From positions 1 through 58,380 of IMG/VR virus record IMGVR_UViG_3300044266_000460: 58,380 bases of DNA; one strand, 5' to 3'. Below the pieces are notes generated by a model. It saw only the letters and a list, made by a program, of their open reading frames with translations, ran no database searches and was not told the origin of the DNA. Position numbers and translations under genes: made by a program. This DNA is from a virus. Taxonomy: Duplodnaviria; Caudoviricetes. Positions 17,855-27,200 of this stretch are shown here, piece by piece. Each line of letters begins with the position of its first letter. Position 1 is the first letter of the stretch.

Positions 17855-18777
17855 TGTATTTGGCTCAATTTTATCAAGGTTGCGCTAAGGTTGATTTCGG
17901 AATCAGCGACGCTGTTATGCGTTACCAGTCCCTGGTGTATAATAGTTATGGCCTGATCCTGCTGCTCCGGAGTGGTACCCCAGAGATCAAGATTGTCATA
18001 CATCCAACGAAAGATCTCCGGGGCTTCTTCGGGCTCGCTCTGTTGGCAGATCATGGTACGGGCAGCACGATACTGCTGTTTCTTGAATAGTTCTATACAA
18101 TCCAATTTCCAATCTCGGGTATTGGGATCGGCCACGCTGGGTGGTGCCAATACACCACTTAGGCTGTTGGGATGCAAGCGATTGAGACATTTGCGCATGT
18201 CAGGGTAGGTGGATTTGACATAGGTATCCAGCACATCTAGATCAAACTCCACACCTTCGTCTATGAGGATCTTGGCCACACGCGCTGTGAATTCAGTATG
18301 GTCGGCACGAGCTATATGGAATCCCTGGAGTCGACTGTGCAAGGCTGGTATGATCTTGTTGGGATAGTTACAAGTCATGATGAATCGCACAGATTCGCTG
18401 TAATCTTCCATGAGATTGCGCAGGGCCGGCTGCACCGACTCCCGGTTCATGTAGTCAGCTTCGTCGATCAGCACGACCTTGTAATCGCCAAACGGCATGG
18501 TTTGACAGAAGCTTTCCAGCTTGTCGCGCAACCACTCGATCTTGCGGGCTTCCTTGCTGCCATTCACATACATGACATCATATTCGTTGATGCCCAACTC
18601 ATGTATCAGGACCTTGGCCAGGGTAGTTTTGCCAGTGCCGGCAGGTCCGCTGAACAACAGATGCGGCAGGGTTTTGTCGCGTATCCAACTCTGTACTTGT
18701 TCGCGCTGCCGCTGATCCACGAACACATATTCGTCCACAGTTTTGGGACGATACTTCTCAACCCACAATTCCTTCAT
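17851..18777 (-). CDS. Sliding clamp loader, RFC small subunit / T4 gp44-like
   Basis: LWVEKYRPK, GPAGTGKT, IDEADY, ALHSRL. Confidence 0.92.
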   Translation of the reverse strand: MKELWVEKYRPKTVDEYVFVDQRQREQVQSWIRDKTLPHLLFSGPAGTGKTTLAKVLIHELGINEYDVMYVNGSKEARKIEWLRDKLESFCQTMPFGDYKVVLIDEADYMNRESVQPALRNLMEDYSESVRFIMTCNYPNKIIPALHSRLQGFHIARADHTEFTARVAKILIDEGVEFDLDVLDTYVKSTYPDMRKCLNRLHPNSLSGVLAPPSVADPNTRDWKLDCIELFKKQQYRAARTMICQQSEPEEAPEIFRWMYDNLDLWGTTPEQQDQAITIIHQGLVTHNSVADSEINLSATLIKLSQIQ

Positions 18778-18778
18778 G

Positions 18779-19063
18779 CTACTCCTTGTTTGTTTGACCG
18801 CTGACTTTGAGGCTTCGCCAGGCTGCGCGAAACACCGGCTCTACGTCGCGTTCTACTTCACAGCTACCCAGTTCCTGGCCTTGATCATCCCACATCGTGA
18901 AAGTCACGGGCCAACTGGATTCCCAACCATCATGATTGCTGTGATAATCGTCCGCGCATTCCTCGGCGATATAATCGAGATTTTCCGTATCCCAATTGGT
19001 ACTCAACTCCCAGGCATCTGCAAAATCCATGCCGTAATCGGCTGGGGCATAGCGTATCTTCAT
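18779..19063 (-). CDS. Hypothetical acidic protein
   Basis: Coupled ORF in the operon. Confidence 0.65.
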   Translation of the reverse strand: MKIRYAPADYGMDFADAWELSTNWDTENLDYIAEECADDYHSNHDGWESSWPVTFTMWDDQGQELGSCEVERDVEPVFRAAWRSLKVSGQTNKE

Positions 19064-19326
19064 TTGAGATTGAGACCCAGCGTGTCAGGAGCGTGATCCA
19101 ACACGCGCCCATCATAGAATGCCGAATCCTCATCTAGTATCTCAATTTCGAGATCATAATGCCTGATATCGTAGTCAGTGAATTCGTCGTCGTGATACAC
19201 GCGGAACATATAGGTTTCCCCGGTGCGGATCAGGAAACCCCGGGTGCCCCGTGCCGGAGTCGAAGTCATTAGCTCAGGCTCTTGTAGGTGGCGTTCATGG
19301 TGGTAAAGGTTGATTTCCAATGCCAC
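19060..19326 (-). CDS. Hypothetical protein
   Basis: Coupled ORF; start uncertain. Confidence 0.55.
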   Translation of the reverse strand: MALEINLYHHERHLQEPELMTSTPARGTRGFLIRTGETYMFRVYHDDEFTDYDIRHYDLEIEILDEDSAFYDGRVLDHAPDTLGLNLK

Positions 19327-19631
19327 TCATCCAGCACCAGCTGATTGAATACCTGCTCTTCCAGTTCGATGCAGGAATCCACGGACAATTCCAGCATGCG
19401 GATAGCGCGGCTGTAGCCGTCCTCATAGCTGACCGGAGGCGCGGGCATGGTCCTGAATTGGCGGAATTTGATCAAGTCGCCGGTGCGGGCAACAGCCAGG
19501 TTTTCTTTGGCGACATTGATCACGGCCTTTTTGTAATCGGTCACGGCTTCTTTGAAGTCTGCGATGTGTTTCTCTTTGTTTGTTTTGACGATATCCAGGA
19601 GCTCAAGGCGGTCTAATCTTACGTTTTTCAT
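19269..19631 (-). CDS. Hypothetical protein
   Basis: Start reassigned to MKNVRL after AAAGGA. Confidence 0.7.
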   Translation of the reverse strand: MKNVRLDRLELLDIVKTNKEKHIADFKEAVTDYKKAVINVAKENLAVARTGDLIKFRQFRTMPAPPVSYEDGYSRAIRMLELSVDSCIELEEQVFNQLVLDEWHWKSTFTTMNATYKSLS

Positions 19632-19641
19632 AACATTCCTT

Positions 19642-19854
19642 TCAGGGTTTCTCATATGCAGTTCCTTGCATGGGACATTCTCTAAACATTGTAGCAAGAT
19701 CAGACTGTAGTTCGCAAGCTTCCTTTAGCCGATCGCGCCCACATCGGGCACATATCCATGTGGCTTTGGTTCGTCCAAAAATGCGATCCCAATTGTCGTT
19801 GAATGTCTGTTGATCCACGCTGATGGGACGTGGTCTTGATCCCTTACCACTCAT
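19642..19854 (-). CDS. Small hypothetical protein (GKGSRPRP...NWDRIF motif, CxxC)
   Basis: Fills the gap downstream of groES. Confidence 0.6.
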   Translation of the reverse strand: MSGKGSRPRPISVDQQTFNDNWDRIFGRTKATWICARCGRDRLKEACELQSDLATMFRECPMQGTAYEKP

Positions 19855-19856
19855 GA

Positions 19857-20234
19857 TTAGCGGGTGCGTTGTTCGACGTGTATGGCATTGCTCATGGTAT
19901 CATCTTCGGGCTGTTCATCCGATACCAAGAGTATGTCCTGGGGGTCAATTTTGCGCAGGGTGGTTTCGCCACGCTCATCTTCCACGCGAACTCCGCGAGT
20001 CCAACGTCCATGCGCCACACAGATCCATTGCCCAGCCGACACCGCGGTCTGCTCCGGACCCACGGCATAGACCCGGCCCCAACGTGGACGGATACCGGTG
20101 CCTTTGCCATTGTCATTCAGCAACACGATGCCGCTGCTGGTGATTCGCTCATCAAATTGCATATCCTGCACGACTACCCAGTCATGCAGAGTGCGGAATG
20201 CTTGGATCTTGTGTGGTTCAAATGCTGGTTTCAT
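19857..20234 (-). CDS. groES: Co-chaperonin GroES (cpn10)-like
   Basis: LHDWVVV...TSSGIVL...GRVYAVGP...DIL cpn10 pattern. Confidence 0.85.
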   Translation of the reverse strand: MKPAFEPHKIQAFRTLHDWVVVQDMQFDERITSSGIVLLNDNGKGTGIRPRWGRVYAVGPEQTAVSAGQWICVAHGRWTRGVRVEDERGETTLRKIDPQDILLVSDEQPEDDTMSNAIHVEQRTR

Positions 20235-20449
20235 GGACGCTTTCTGGGTTGGGATTTTTGCACGGTGCGATCATATTGTTTGTTGACCGCGGTGTTTTTG
20301 GTTTCAATCACTTCGTTGCGATCGTTGATGAGATCGCCACGAGCATTGACGCTCATGTTGCCCACTGCGCGGGTCTTTTCATTTTGCAACATCAGTTGGC
20401 CTAGGTCAATGGTCTTGCCCTGGGCAGTTTTGTAGATTTTACTGGTCAT
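20231..20449 (-). CDS. Hypothetical late protein
   Basis: TAAATA and AAGGAG upstream; AVGNMSVNARGD. Confidence 0.7.
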   Translation of the reverse strand: MTSKIYKTAQGKTIDLGQLMLQNEKTRAVGNMSVNARGDLINDRNEVIETKNTAVNKQYDRTVQKSQPRKRP

Positions 20450-20469
20450 GATGGTCTCCTTGATGATAT

Positions 20470-20991
20470 TTAACGCAGGAACTCAGCTGGGTCTAGATTG
20501 TAGTAGATGCTGTCGATGCGATGCACTCCCAAAAGATACAGCACGTAGCTGGCCACGCTGGATCCTCGCCCCACTCCCCAGATCAGATTGTTTGCTTGCA
20601 TGGTATCGACTAGGAATTTGAGGTAGCGCAGCAAATCAAACAATCCTCGCTCTTGATACATCAGCAATTCTTGCCCCACGCGCTGTAATTCCGCTTCAGT
20701 GTGGCAGAGTTCAACCACGTATTTTGCGATGTCGAGGTCACGGTATTCCTGGGGCATGAACCAAGTGCTTTGACAGCGATGGTCAAATTGCTCCTGGGTC
20801 AGGGATTCTCTAGCAGCCGCGTCATATTGCACGAATTCGGGCACATTGATCAGCATCGCAGCCGCGGTCTCGATATCCACGCTAGAATCAACCAGCATGC
20901 CCTTGATATCCTGTATGGGCGCGCCGCGCATGACATAATCCACTATATCATCTTCGCAGAAGACCATCTCACCGAATTTATTTTTTTGCAT
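20470..20991 (-). CDS. dnaE: Split DNA polymerase III alpha (DnaE) fragment
   Basis: WGVGRGSSVASYVLYLLGVHRID..YNL...EFL matches the DnaE GRGS motif region; ends just before the expected PDxD motif. Confidence 0.8.
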   Translation of the reverse strand: MQKNKFGEMVFCEDDIVDYVMRGAPIQDIKGMLVDSSVDIETAAAMLINVPEFVQYDAAARESLTQEQFDHRCQSTWFMPQEYRDLDIAKYVVELCHTEAELQRVGQELLMYQERGLFDLLRYLKFLVDTMQANNLIWGVGRGSSVASYVLYLLGVHRIDSIYYNLDPAEFLR

Positions 20992-21568
20992 TTTTTCCGA
21001 AGTCTGCATAAACCACTTGGCTCTGATGCTGGGGTTGATCCCAGGCCAAGCCGATGTCGTCCCAGCTAGTGGGTCGATCCAGGGCCACCACATTGTCGTC
21101 ACGGCCCAGATCGCTGCGGTTTTGCCACACCGGACCGGAATCTATCCACCAACCTTGGGTATCAAACACGATCTCATCCACATCATTGCTGTGGAGATAA
21201 CACACATGGTCTCCCTGTTCGCTGCTGAGCCTTATCTCATCTATGATCAATTTCTGTTCCATGATGGCATTGAGTTTCAAGTATAGCATCATGGCCACCA
21301 AGTGGTCAACGGGATCATTGGGCAAGGCCAGCACACGTTGCCTGGTGGATCGATACTCTTCCAGCAATGGATCTTCTTCGTGGATCAAAACACAACCCTG
21401 CATCACATCATATATCCACCATTTCATCCTGTTGTAGGCTATGCGTTGCTGGGATTCATCTTCGACTTCGTTGTGGAAACAAATCGTGGCGATATACTCA
21501 TTGATGACATGACCTTCGTCGTAGGTGATGCAGCTACTCCAGGTCAATAACTTTTCTAGTCGTATCAT
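20978..21568 (-). CDS. Hypothetical protein
   Basis: 196 aa ORF in an operon with the dnaE fragment. Confidence 0.7.
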   Translation of the reverse strand: MIRLEKLLTWSSCITYDEGHVINEYIATICFHNEVEDESQQRIAYNRMKWWIYDVMQGCVLIHEEDPLLEEYRSTRQRVLALPNDPVDHLVAMMLYLKLNAIMEQKLIIDEIRLSSEQGDHVCYLHSNDVDEIVFDTQGWWIDSGPVWQNRSDLGRDDNVVALDRPTSWDDIGLAWDQPQHQSQVVYADFGKNAKK

Positions 21569-21801
21569 TCGATGTTGATTATTTTGTCAAAATTCACACC
21601 TGCGACTTCTTGTTTTTGTGTTTCCCGCAGTTTGGTTTGATACGCATTGGAGAATGTTTCCAGGGCCATGCGTATTTGATTGCAGAGATGCCCGTTGCCG
21701 GTCCTCTGGGCCTGGGATAGTTTTTTACTGAGATCTGACACCCTGGAACTCAACTCATCCAGGGTCAAACCACTTATGTCGCCGATCAACGGATGTTCCA
21801 T
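21565..21801 (-). CDS. Hypothetical coiled-coil protein
   Basis: sigma70-like promoter 6 nt upstream of the ATG. Confidence 0.7.
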   Translation of the reverse strand: MEHPLIGDISGLTLDELSSRVSDLSKKLSQAQRTGNGHLCNQIRMALETFSNAYQTKLRETQKQEVAGVNFDKIINIE

Positions 21802-21807
21802 GAGTAT

Positions 21808-21836
21808 AATTTACGACTTCTCTACAGCGAAGTCAA
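21808..21836 (-). promoter_or_regulatory. sigma70-like promoter
   Basis: TTGACT-17-TAAATT. Confidence 0.55.
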
Positions 21837-21845
21837 CTCTTATGG

Positions 21846-23360
21846 CTAACTCCAATTGCCCACTGATACCAGAGTGGAATCTCCCCAGGCCGCTAGTTTG
21901 AACCAGCTGTTGGCCACCACTGTGCTGGTGCTGCCGGGACCATTGGTATTGTATTGTATCTGGGGTGTGAACAATCCGGTAGCATTGGTACGCAACATGC
22001 CTCGCAGGTGTATGACCACCACCTCGTTGCTGGTGGTAGTACCAGCAGGCGTGATCTGCAGGGCCGAAGTACTGGATCCGTAGCTGCGACTCACCGAAGT
22101 GGCCCCAGCCGAAGGATCTCCACTGCTGGTGGTCACGTCTGCGATATAGCTCATGGGATTGGCCAGTGTTCCGGTATAGTTGAACGACAGACTGATGCTG
22201 TGTGCTGTGCTGGGGGCGGCCGCATTGGTTATGACCAGATACGCCTCCATCTCATATGTGGTGGTGGCTGTGAGGCGTATGGTTCCACTGGATGGACTAT
22301 CAAAAATCGCTTGTACTGAAGTATCATCGGCCAGGGTCCTACCAGCAGTGGGCGTCACGATAACGTGCTGGGCAGCCAGGACACCGCGCTGGGCATTGGC
22401 CGCCGAGACTGGGGTAGCATAAAACACCGAGCCGCCCAGCTCAATCGCGCCAGATTGTGCAGTGGTCAACACAGAACCAGAACTCATTTTTATGGGAGCC
22501 ACAGCGGTGGTGCCGGCTGTGGGATTCAATACTGCATTCACTGTTCCGGCTGTGACTGCACCAGTGGTGCTGAATGTGCTTAGGGCTATGACATTGCCAC
22601 CAGTGATATTGCCACTGAGTCCAGTGGAGACGGATCCGGCTATGACTGTGCCCGAGGCACTGATGTTACCGGTGCTGACCACTGCGCTACCAATCACAGC
22701 ATTGCCGGCAGTGACGTTGTTGGTGGCAGTGACATCCGATGATTGTAGATTACCCGCAGTGAAATTGGTGAGAGCTCGGTTTAGATCAAACAGTGTGATA
22801 GTGCTGCCCGAGTCACTGCTGCCAAATGCGAATTCATAGAAACCCGTGGCGCCAAATGTTATGGTGTTGGAGACTCCGCTGATGCCAGGGCTGATTCCTT
22901 GTATGCCAGAAAGTCCCAGGCTCACCGCGGCCGGCAGGGTCATGGTATGGGCCACATCGGTGACATGTATCTGGATCCGCATGAGACCATAGGCGCCCAA
23001 AGTTGGAAAATTGGCAAATGACAGGCTCACAGCGCCAGTGGTGGAGATCGTTTGATAATGGCCGGCTGCGTAATCAACTGTGATTGAACCCGATCCGCTG
23101 CTGATCGCGACCTTGGCCGATCTGAAATCTCGTATCTGGGCGGCGGTCAAAAGATTTCCATCCATGTTGTTGTCCAATACTTGACCGGACAGTGCGGCCT
23201 TGAGCAGGACTTTGTTCTGGAGATCATTTATTTCATCTTCGGCGTATTGGAAGTTGAGTTGGGTGTTGGTGAAGTTATCGCGGAATCCTTGGCTGTTGTT
23301 GTCAACACCGGCCACGGGATAATTGCCGTCGATATTGTTGGGATTGATCTGACTTGTCAT
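21846..23360 (-). CDS. Virion fibre/structural protein (paralog A)
   Basis: N-terminus MTSQINPNNID..YPVAG.DN..QGFR.NF shared with the neighbour; Thr/Ser/Gly-rich GNxT repeats. Confidence 0.7.
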   Translation of the reverse strand: MTSQINPNNIDGNYPVAGVDNNSQGFRDNFTNTQLNFQYAEDEINDLQNKVLLKAALSGQVLDNNMDGNLLTAAQIRDFRSAKVAISSGSGSITVDYAAGHYQTISTTGAVSLSFANFPTLGAYGLMRIQIHVTDVAHTMTLPAAVSLGLSGIQGISPGISGVSNTITFGATGFYEFAFGSSDSGSTITLFDLNRALTNFTAGNLQSSDVTATNNVTAGNAVIGSAVVSTGNISASGTVIAGSVSTGLSGNITGGNVIALSTFSTTGAVTAGTVNAVLNPTAGTTAVAPIKMSSGSVLTTAQSGAIELGGSVFYATPVSAANAQRGVLAAQHVIVTPTAGRTLADDTSVQAIFDSPSSGTIRLTATTTYEMEAYLVITNAAAPSTAHSISLSFNYTGTLANPMSYIADVTTSSGDPSAGATSVSRSYGSSTSALQITPAGTTTSNEVVVIHLRGMLRTNATGLFTPQIQYNTNGPGSTSTVVANSWFKLAAWGDSTLVSVGNWS

Positions 23361-23369
23361 AACTGACCT

Positions 23370-24269
23370 TTATGCGAATGTGCAACCGTTGTTACCAATA
23401 CAGAACCATTTGTTATTGATATAGCGCAGGGTACAGGCCTGACCCACTGTGGTCAATGTGATGGTTCCGGCACCACCCCAACCGGGATTGGTCACGGTAA
23501 TCTGCATTTGGTCGCCGCCTGCTGATTCGCTGTAATATGCAAAAACTTTGACCTGACCGTCGACGCCGGCAGCCAGGGTCGCGGTTTCTGAAGCAGTGGC
23601 AGTGACGTAGCTGGTGGTCACAGCAAGACTGGCAGCACCGGGCGCAAGATCTTCGCTGGTGTTGTTGAACGGTAATAGTTGATTGTTGACCTGGCTCACC
23701 GTGATGCTGGATCCACCTTGATAGGTTTCGAATTTCAGAGTATACTTCCCAGCTGCTGGGAAAGTGATGACGTTGGTTGCGGCATCTAACCCCATGATCC
23801 CAGCGGCATTGGTGTCGACTTCCGGTGGCAAGGTAATGGTATGTGCAGTGCTGGCCACATCAATTTCCACACTCACGAACCCATATGTGCCCGATGCCGG
23901 CCAACTGGACCCAAATGCTATGGTAGTAGAGGCCGTGGTGGTGAATGTTTGATAATGCCCACTGCTGTAATTGATCGTGGCAGTGAGTATGCTACTGATG
24001 ATAACTGGTGTGATCTGCACTCTGGTGGCTGAAATATCTTGGATCTGGGCAGCGTATAATAAAGCTCCGGCCATGTCATTGTTGACTGTACCCCCAGACA
24101 AGGGACCTTTGAGCAGCACATTGTTCTGCAGATCAGTTATCTCCTGTTCTGCGAACTCAAAGTTGGTCTTGATGTTGGTAAAATTGGTACGAAATCCCTG
24201 TGTGCTGTTGTCTTGCCCAGCCACGGGATATGTGGTATCTATGCTGTTTGGGTTGATCTCACTGGTCAT
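23370..24269 (-). CDS. Virion fibre/structural protein (paralog B)
   Basis: Same N-terminal domain, different C-terminus. Confidence 0.7.
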   Translation of the reverse strand: MTSEINPNSIDTTYPVAGQDNSTQGFRTNFTNIKTNFEFAEQEITDLQNNVLLKGPLSGGTVNNDMAGALLYAAQIQDISATRVQITPVIISSILTATINYSSGHYQTFTTTASTTIAFGSSWPASGTYGFVSVEIDVASTAHTITLPPEVDTNAAGIMGLDAATNVITFPAAGKYTLKFETYQGGSSITVSQVNNQLLPFNNTSEDLAPGAASLAVTTSYVTATASETATLAAGVDGQVKVFAYYSESAGGDQMQITVTNPGWGGAGTITLTTVGQACTLRYINNKWFCIGNNGCTFA

Positions 24270-24281
24270 TGTGGGTTACAC

Positions 24282-27200
24282 TCATTGTAAAATATTCGTT
24301 TTGGGAAATACCAAATATTTATCATTACGATCTGTGGGATCGTACATATCAATGGGTTCAACCCATTGTACGCTGTCTTGGTCAAAGGTAGTCGGGACGC
24401 TGACCGAGGTAACCAATATAAACGGTTGCCAATTTACTCGAGTCAGGCCACCTTGTGGTACTTGAGGTCTATACAACGACGTACCAACTGGATAATTCAG
24501 ACCTTGATTGGAAGTCACGTAATCGTTGGCCACTGTTTCCTGGTCCAGGCTCAACAGCACACGATAATCCTCGCTGATACTGACAGTCCAGATTGCCATG
24601 CGGGGATTACCATAATTCACCATCATGGAACCGGTATCGGTACTCAATGAAACCGGTGACACGCTGTCAATCGTGGTGCTGACCGCGAATGCTGCTCGGT
24701 ATACGACGAAATTTCCGCTGTCGGTCGTTGGTGATACTGCGGTGCCGCCGATCTCAGTGGATATCTCGATGTCACTGCCGGTGATGTAAGTGATGTAATA
24801 GGGTATGGCAACACCGCTATCGTTGGTGGCTTCCAGCCCACCAATCGGACTACCTATCTGCGTCAACACGCTGCCGGTGGCAGTGCCGGGATCAATGGTG
24901 CTGCCACCCACTGTGGCGCTGAGGGTGACTTTGTCTGTGCCCGCAAGAGTTTTTATGTAGTACACTGTTCCAGCTGTGAGATTACCGATGTCGTCTGACG
25001 GTACGAATTGCATGTTGACTATGAGCTGTGTATTGTCGCCTATGGTGACTGAATTGTCGGCGGTGCTGGTCGCGGTTATGATCGCTGTGATAGCCGGGGC
25101 AAACCAGATCTCATCATTGACTGCTAAATCGGCCACAGACGATACTGTGATCCTGCCTGTGACAGAGTTGGTGGCAGTTCCGGTCACATTGGCGACGCTC
25201 TGCACGTAGTAGACCTGTGTCTGGTCATTGCTGTTGGTGGCAGAAATGTTGCCGTAAGTGGTTCCGCTGAACCATATTTTATCATTGATCTGCATGGCCA
25301 GGGTACTATTGGCCGTGATGAGATTGGTTCCCGAATCAGTGGCTGTGCACTCAGCGGTGTATCCGCCTGGTATAACTTGGCCAAAATCATAAGATCCCAC
25401 GGCCCCACTGGTTATACCCACATCAAATCCCAACTCATCATATACGTTGATGTTCTGGGTAAATGCTTCATTGACAGTCATGCCACTGAAATTTTCCTGC
25501 CGGACGAAAACGATTTTACTGCCATCGCGGATTATGACTTTGGTACCCACTGGTGTAGGACCCAATTCTGTGATCCAGCTGGGACCATCTAGCCCACCGG
25601 CTGCGTTGATTTCACCTATGGTGCGTCCGTTTACTTGTTCAAATGCCAGGCGGGTGCAGGCGTTTACTATACCAAGATCGTTATAGCCCGCTGTGTCAAA
25701 CTCATCAAATGTGGTCTCTACCGGTGCCGGTTCCCAATTCTGCACAGCCGGATCCCAATTCAGGCTCATGGCAGCATCAAGGATATATCGATCTACTTTG
25801 AAATCTATGAGATTCAGCTGTGTCCCAAAATATTCACTGATGTAATAGGCTATCTGGGCGCTGCGGCCTGGTTTGGTATAACAGATGACCCAGGCCGGCG
25901 TGAATCCAGGTATGGTACCATCGGCCTGCCGGCTTATCATCCACAACGGCAGTTTCTGTGATATCTGTCCCACCACATCTATGACCTGGTCGCGCATGTT
26001 GATCAGGCTATTGGGGTAAACAGAATTGATCAGTGCCGGTGGTGGTTCTGGGTTATTGATAGCATAGGGTGTGGTCACGATTTTGCTCACGCTCTGACCC
26101 TCGGCGTTGACAAGATCATCCACGATACGACTATACACCACTTCGTACACGGTATTGCCTTGGGCATCCACGGCTCGGGCAGTCTCGATAGAACCCAGCA
26201 CAAGGTTCTTCCAATAGTGGTTGAGATCAAGGCTGCGCACATAGGTGTCTAGAGTATCGGGACTCAATCCAAACGCATGTTGGTATTTTACCTGTGTGCT
26301 GAGTCCAAAGTTTGGATCATCGGGTCTATAGATATAGTCGGGCACAAAAATTTCAGTGTTGGACAACAATTGATTCAATAGGGTCCGATCATTCTGCGGG
26401 GGCATGGCAGTGATCAACAGGTTCTGATAAGGCTTGTTGTTGGCCCGCACCACACGCACCGTGAACGTTTTGTAGGCACTGATCAATCGTCGATAGCCGG
26501 TTTGTTGCATCACTATCTGGAGATCGGCACCGGAACCCGGTCCTGAAAGACTGTAAGTGGCCACTCCGGTATATCCCGCACCATTTTCTGTGACCAATAC
26601 ATTGGTTATGGCATTGCCGTCAACCACGACATTGGCTTGGGCCTGCACTGCTGCGGCACCGACGGGTGTGCCAAATGTCAGGGTTGGGGCGCTGACGAAT
26701 CCAGTACCACCATTGAGTATCTTTACTTGGCTGACTTCATACAGCGGTACTTGGTTTTCCTCGGCATAGGCATTGACTGTAAAGGTATGCGTGGCATCGA
26801 TAGTGGTGGCATCTCTGCGGATCAATGTGCTGGTACTGGCATCAAACGTGGTGGCTCCTAGGTCCAGGCTGAATGTCTGGAAACTGACCCGACCCACTAT
26901 ATCGCCTGACGGTAACAATTCCAGACCCTGGGGTAGGTTATTGTAGGCTCCCGGGGATAGTTCATAACTCAAGGGCAATCCACTGGCACTGGTGGCCAGG
27001 ATTGACAGCATACTGACACTGCCATTTTCGATGATGCCCAGGTCAGCGGGCGACAGCCAAGTGACTTCGTGTCCGGCGATGCTGGTGATCGACAGCGTAA
27101 AAGGGTACTGTCGACTGCGGGGACTGTAGGCTGGAACACAAAGAAGCAGAGTCGTGGCAGTGTCGCTGGAAAGGGTGACGTCGGGGCCACCCAGTGTATA

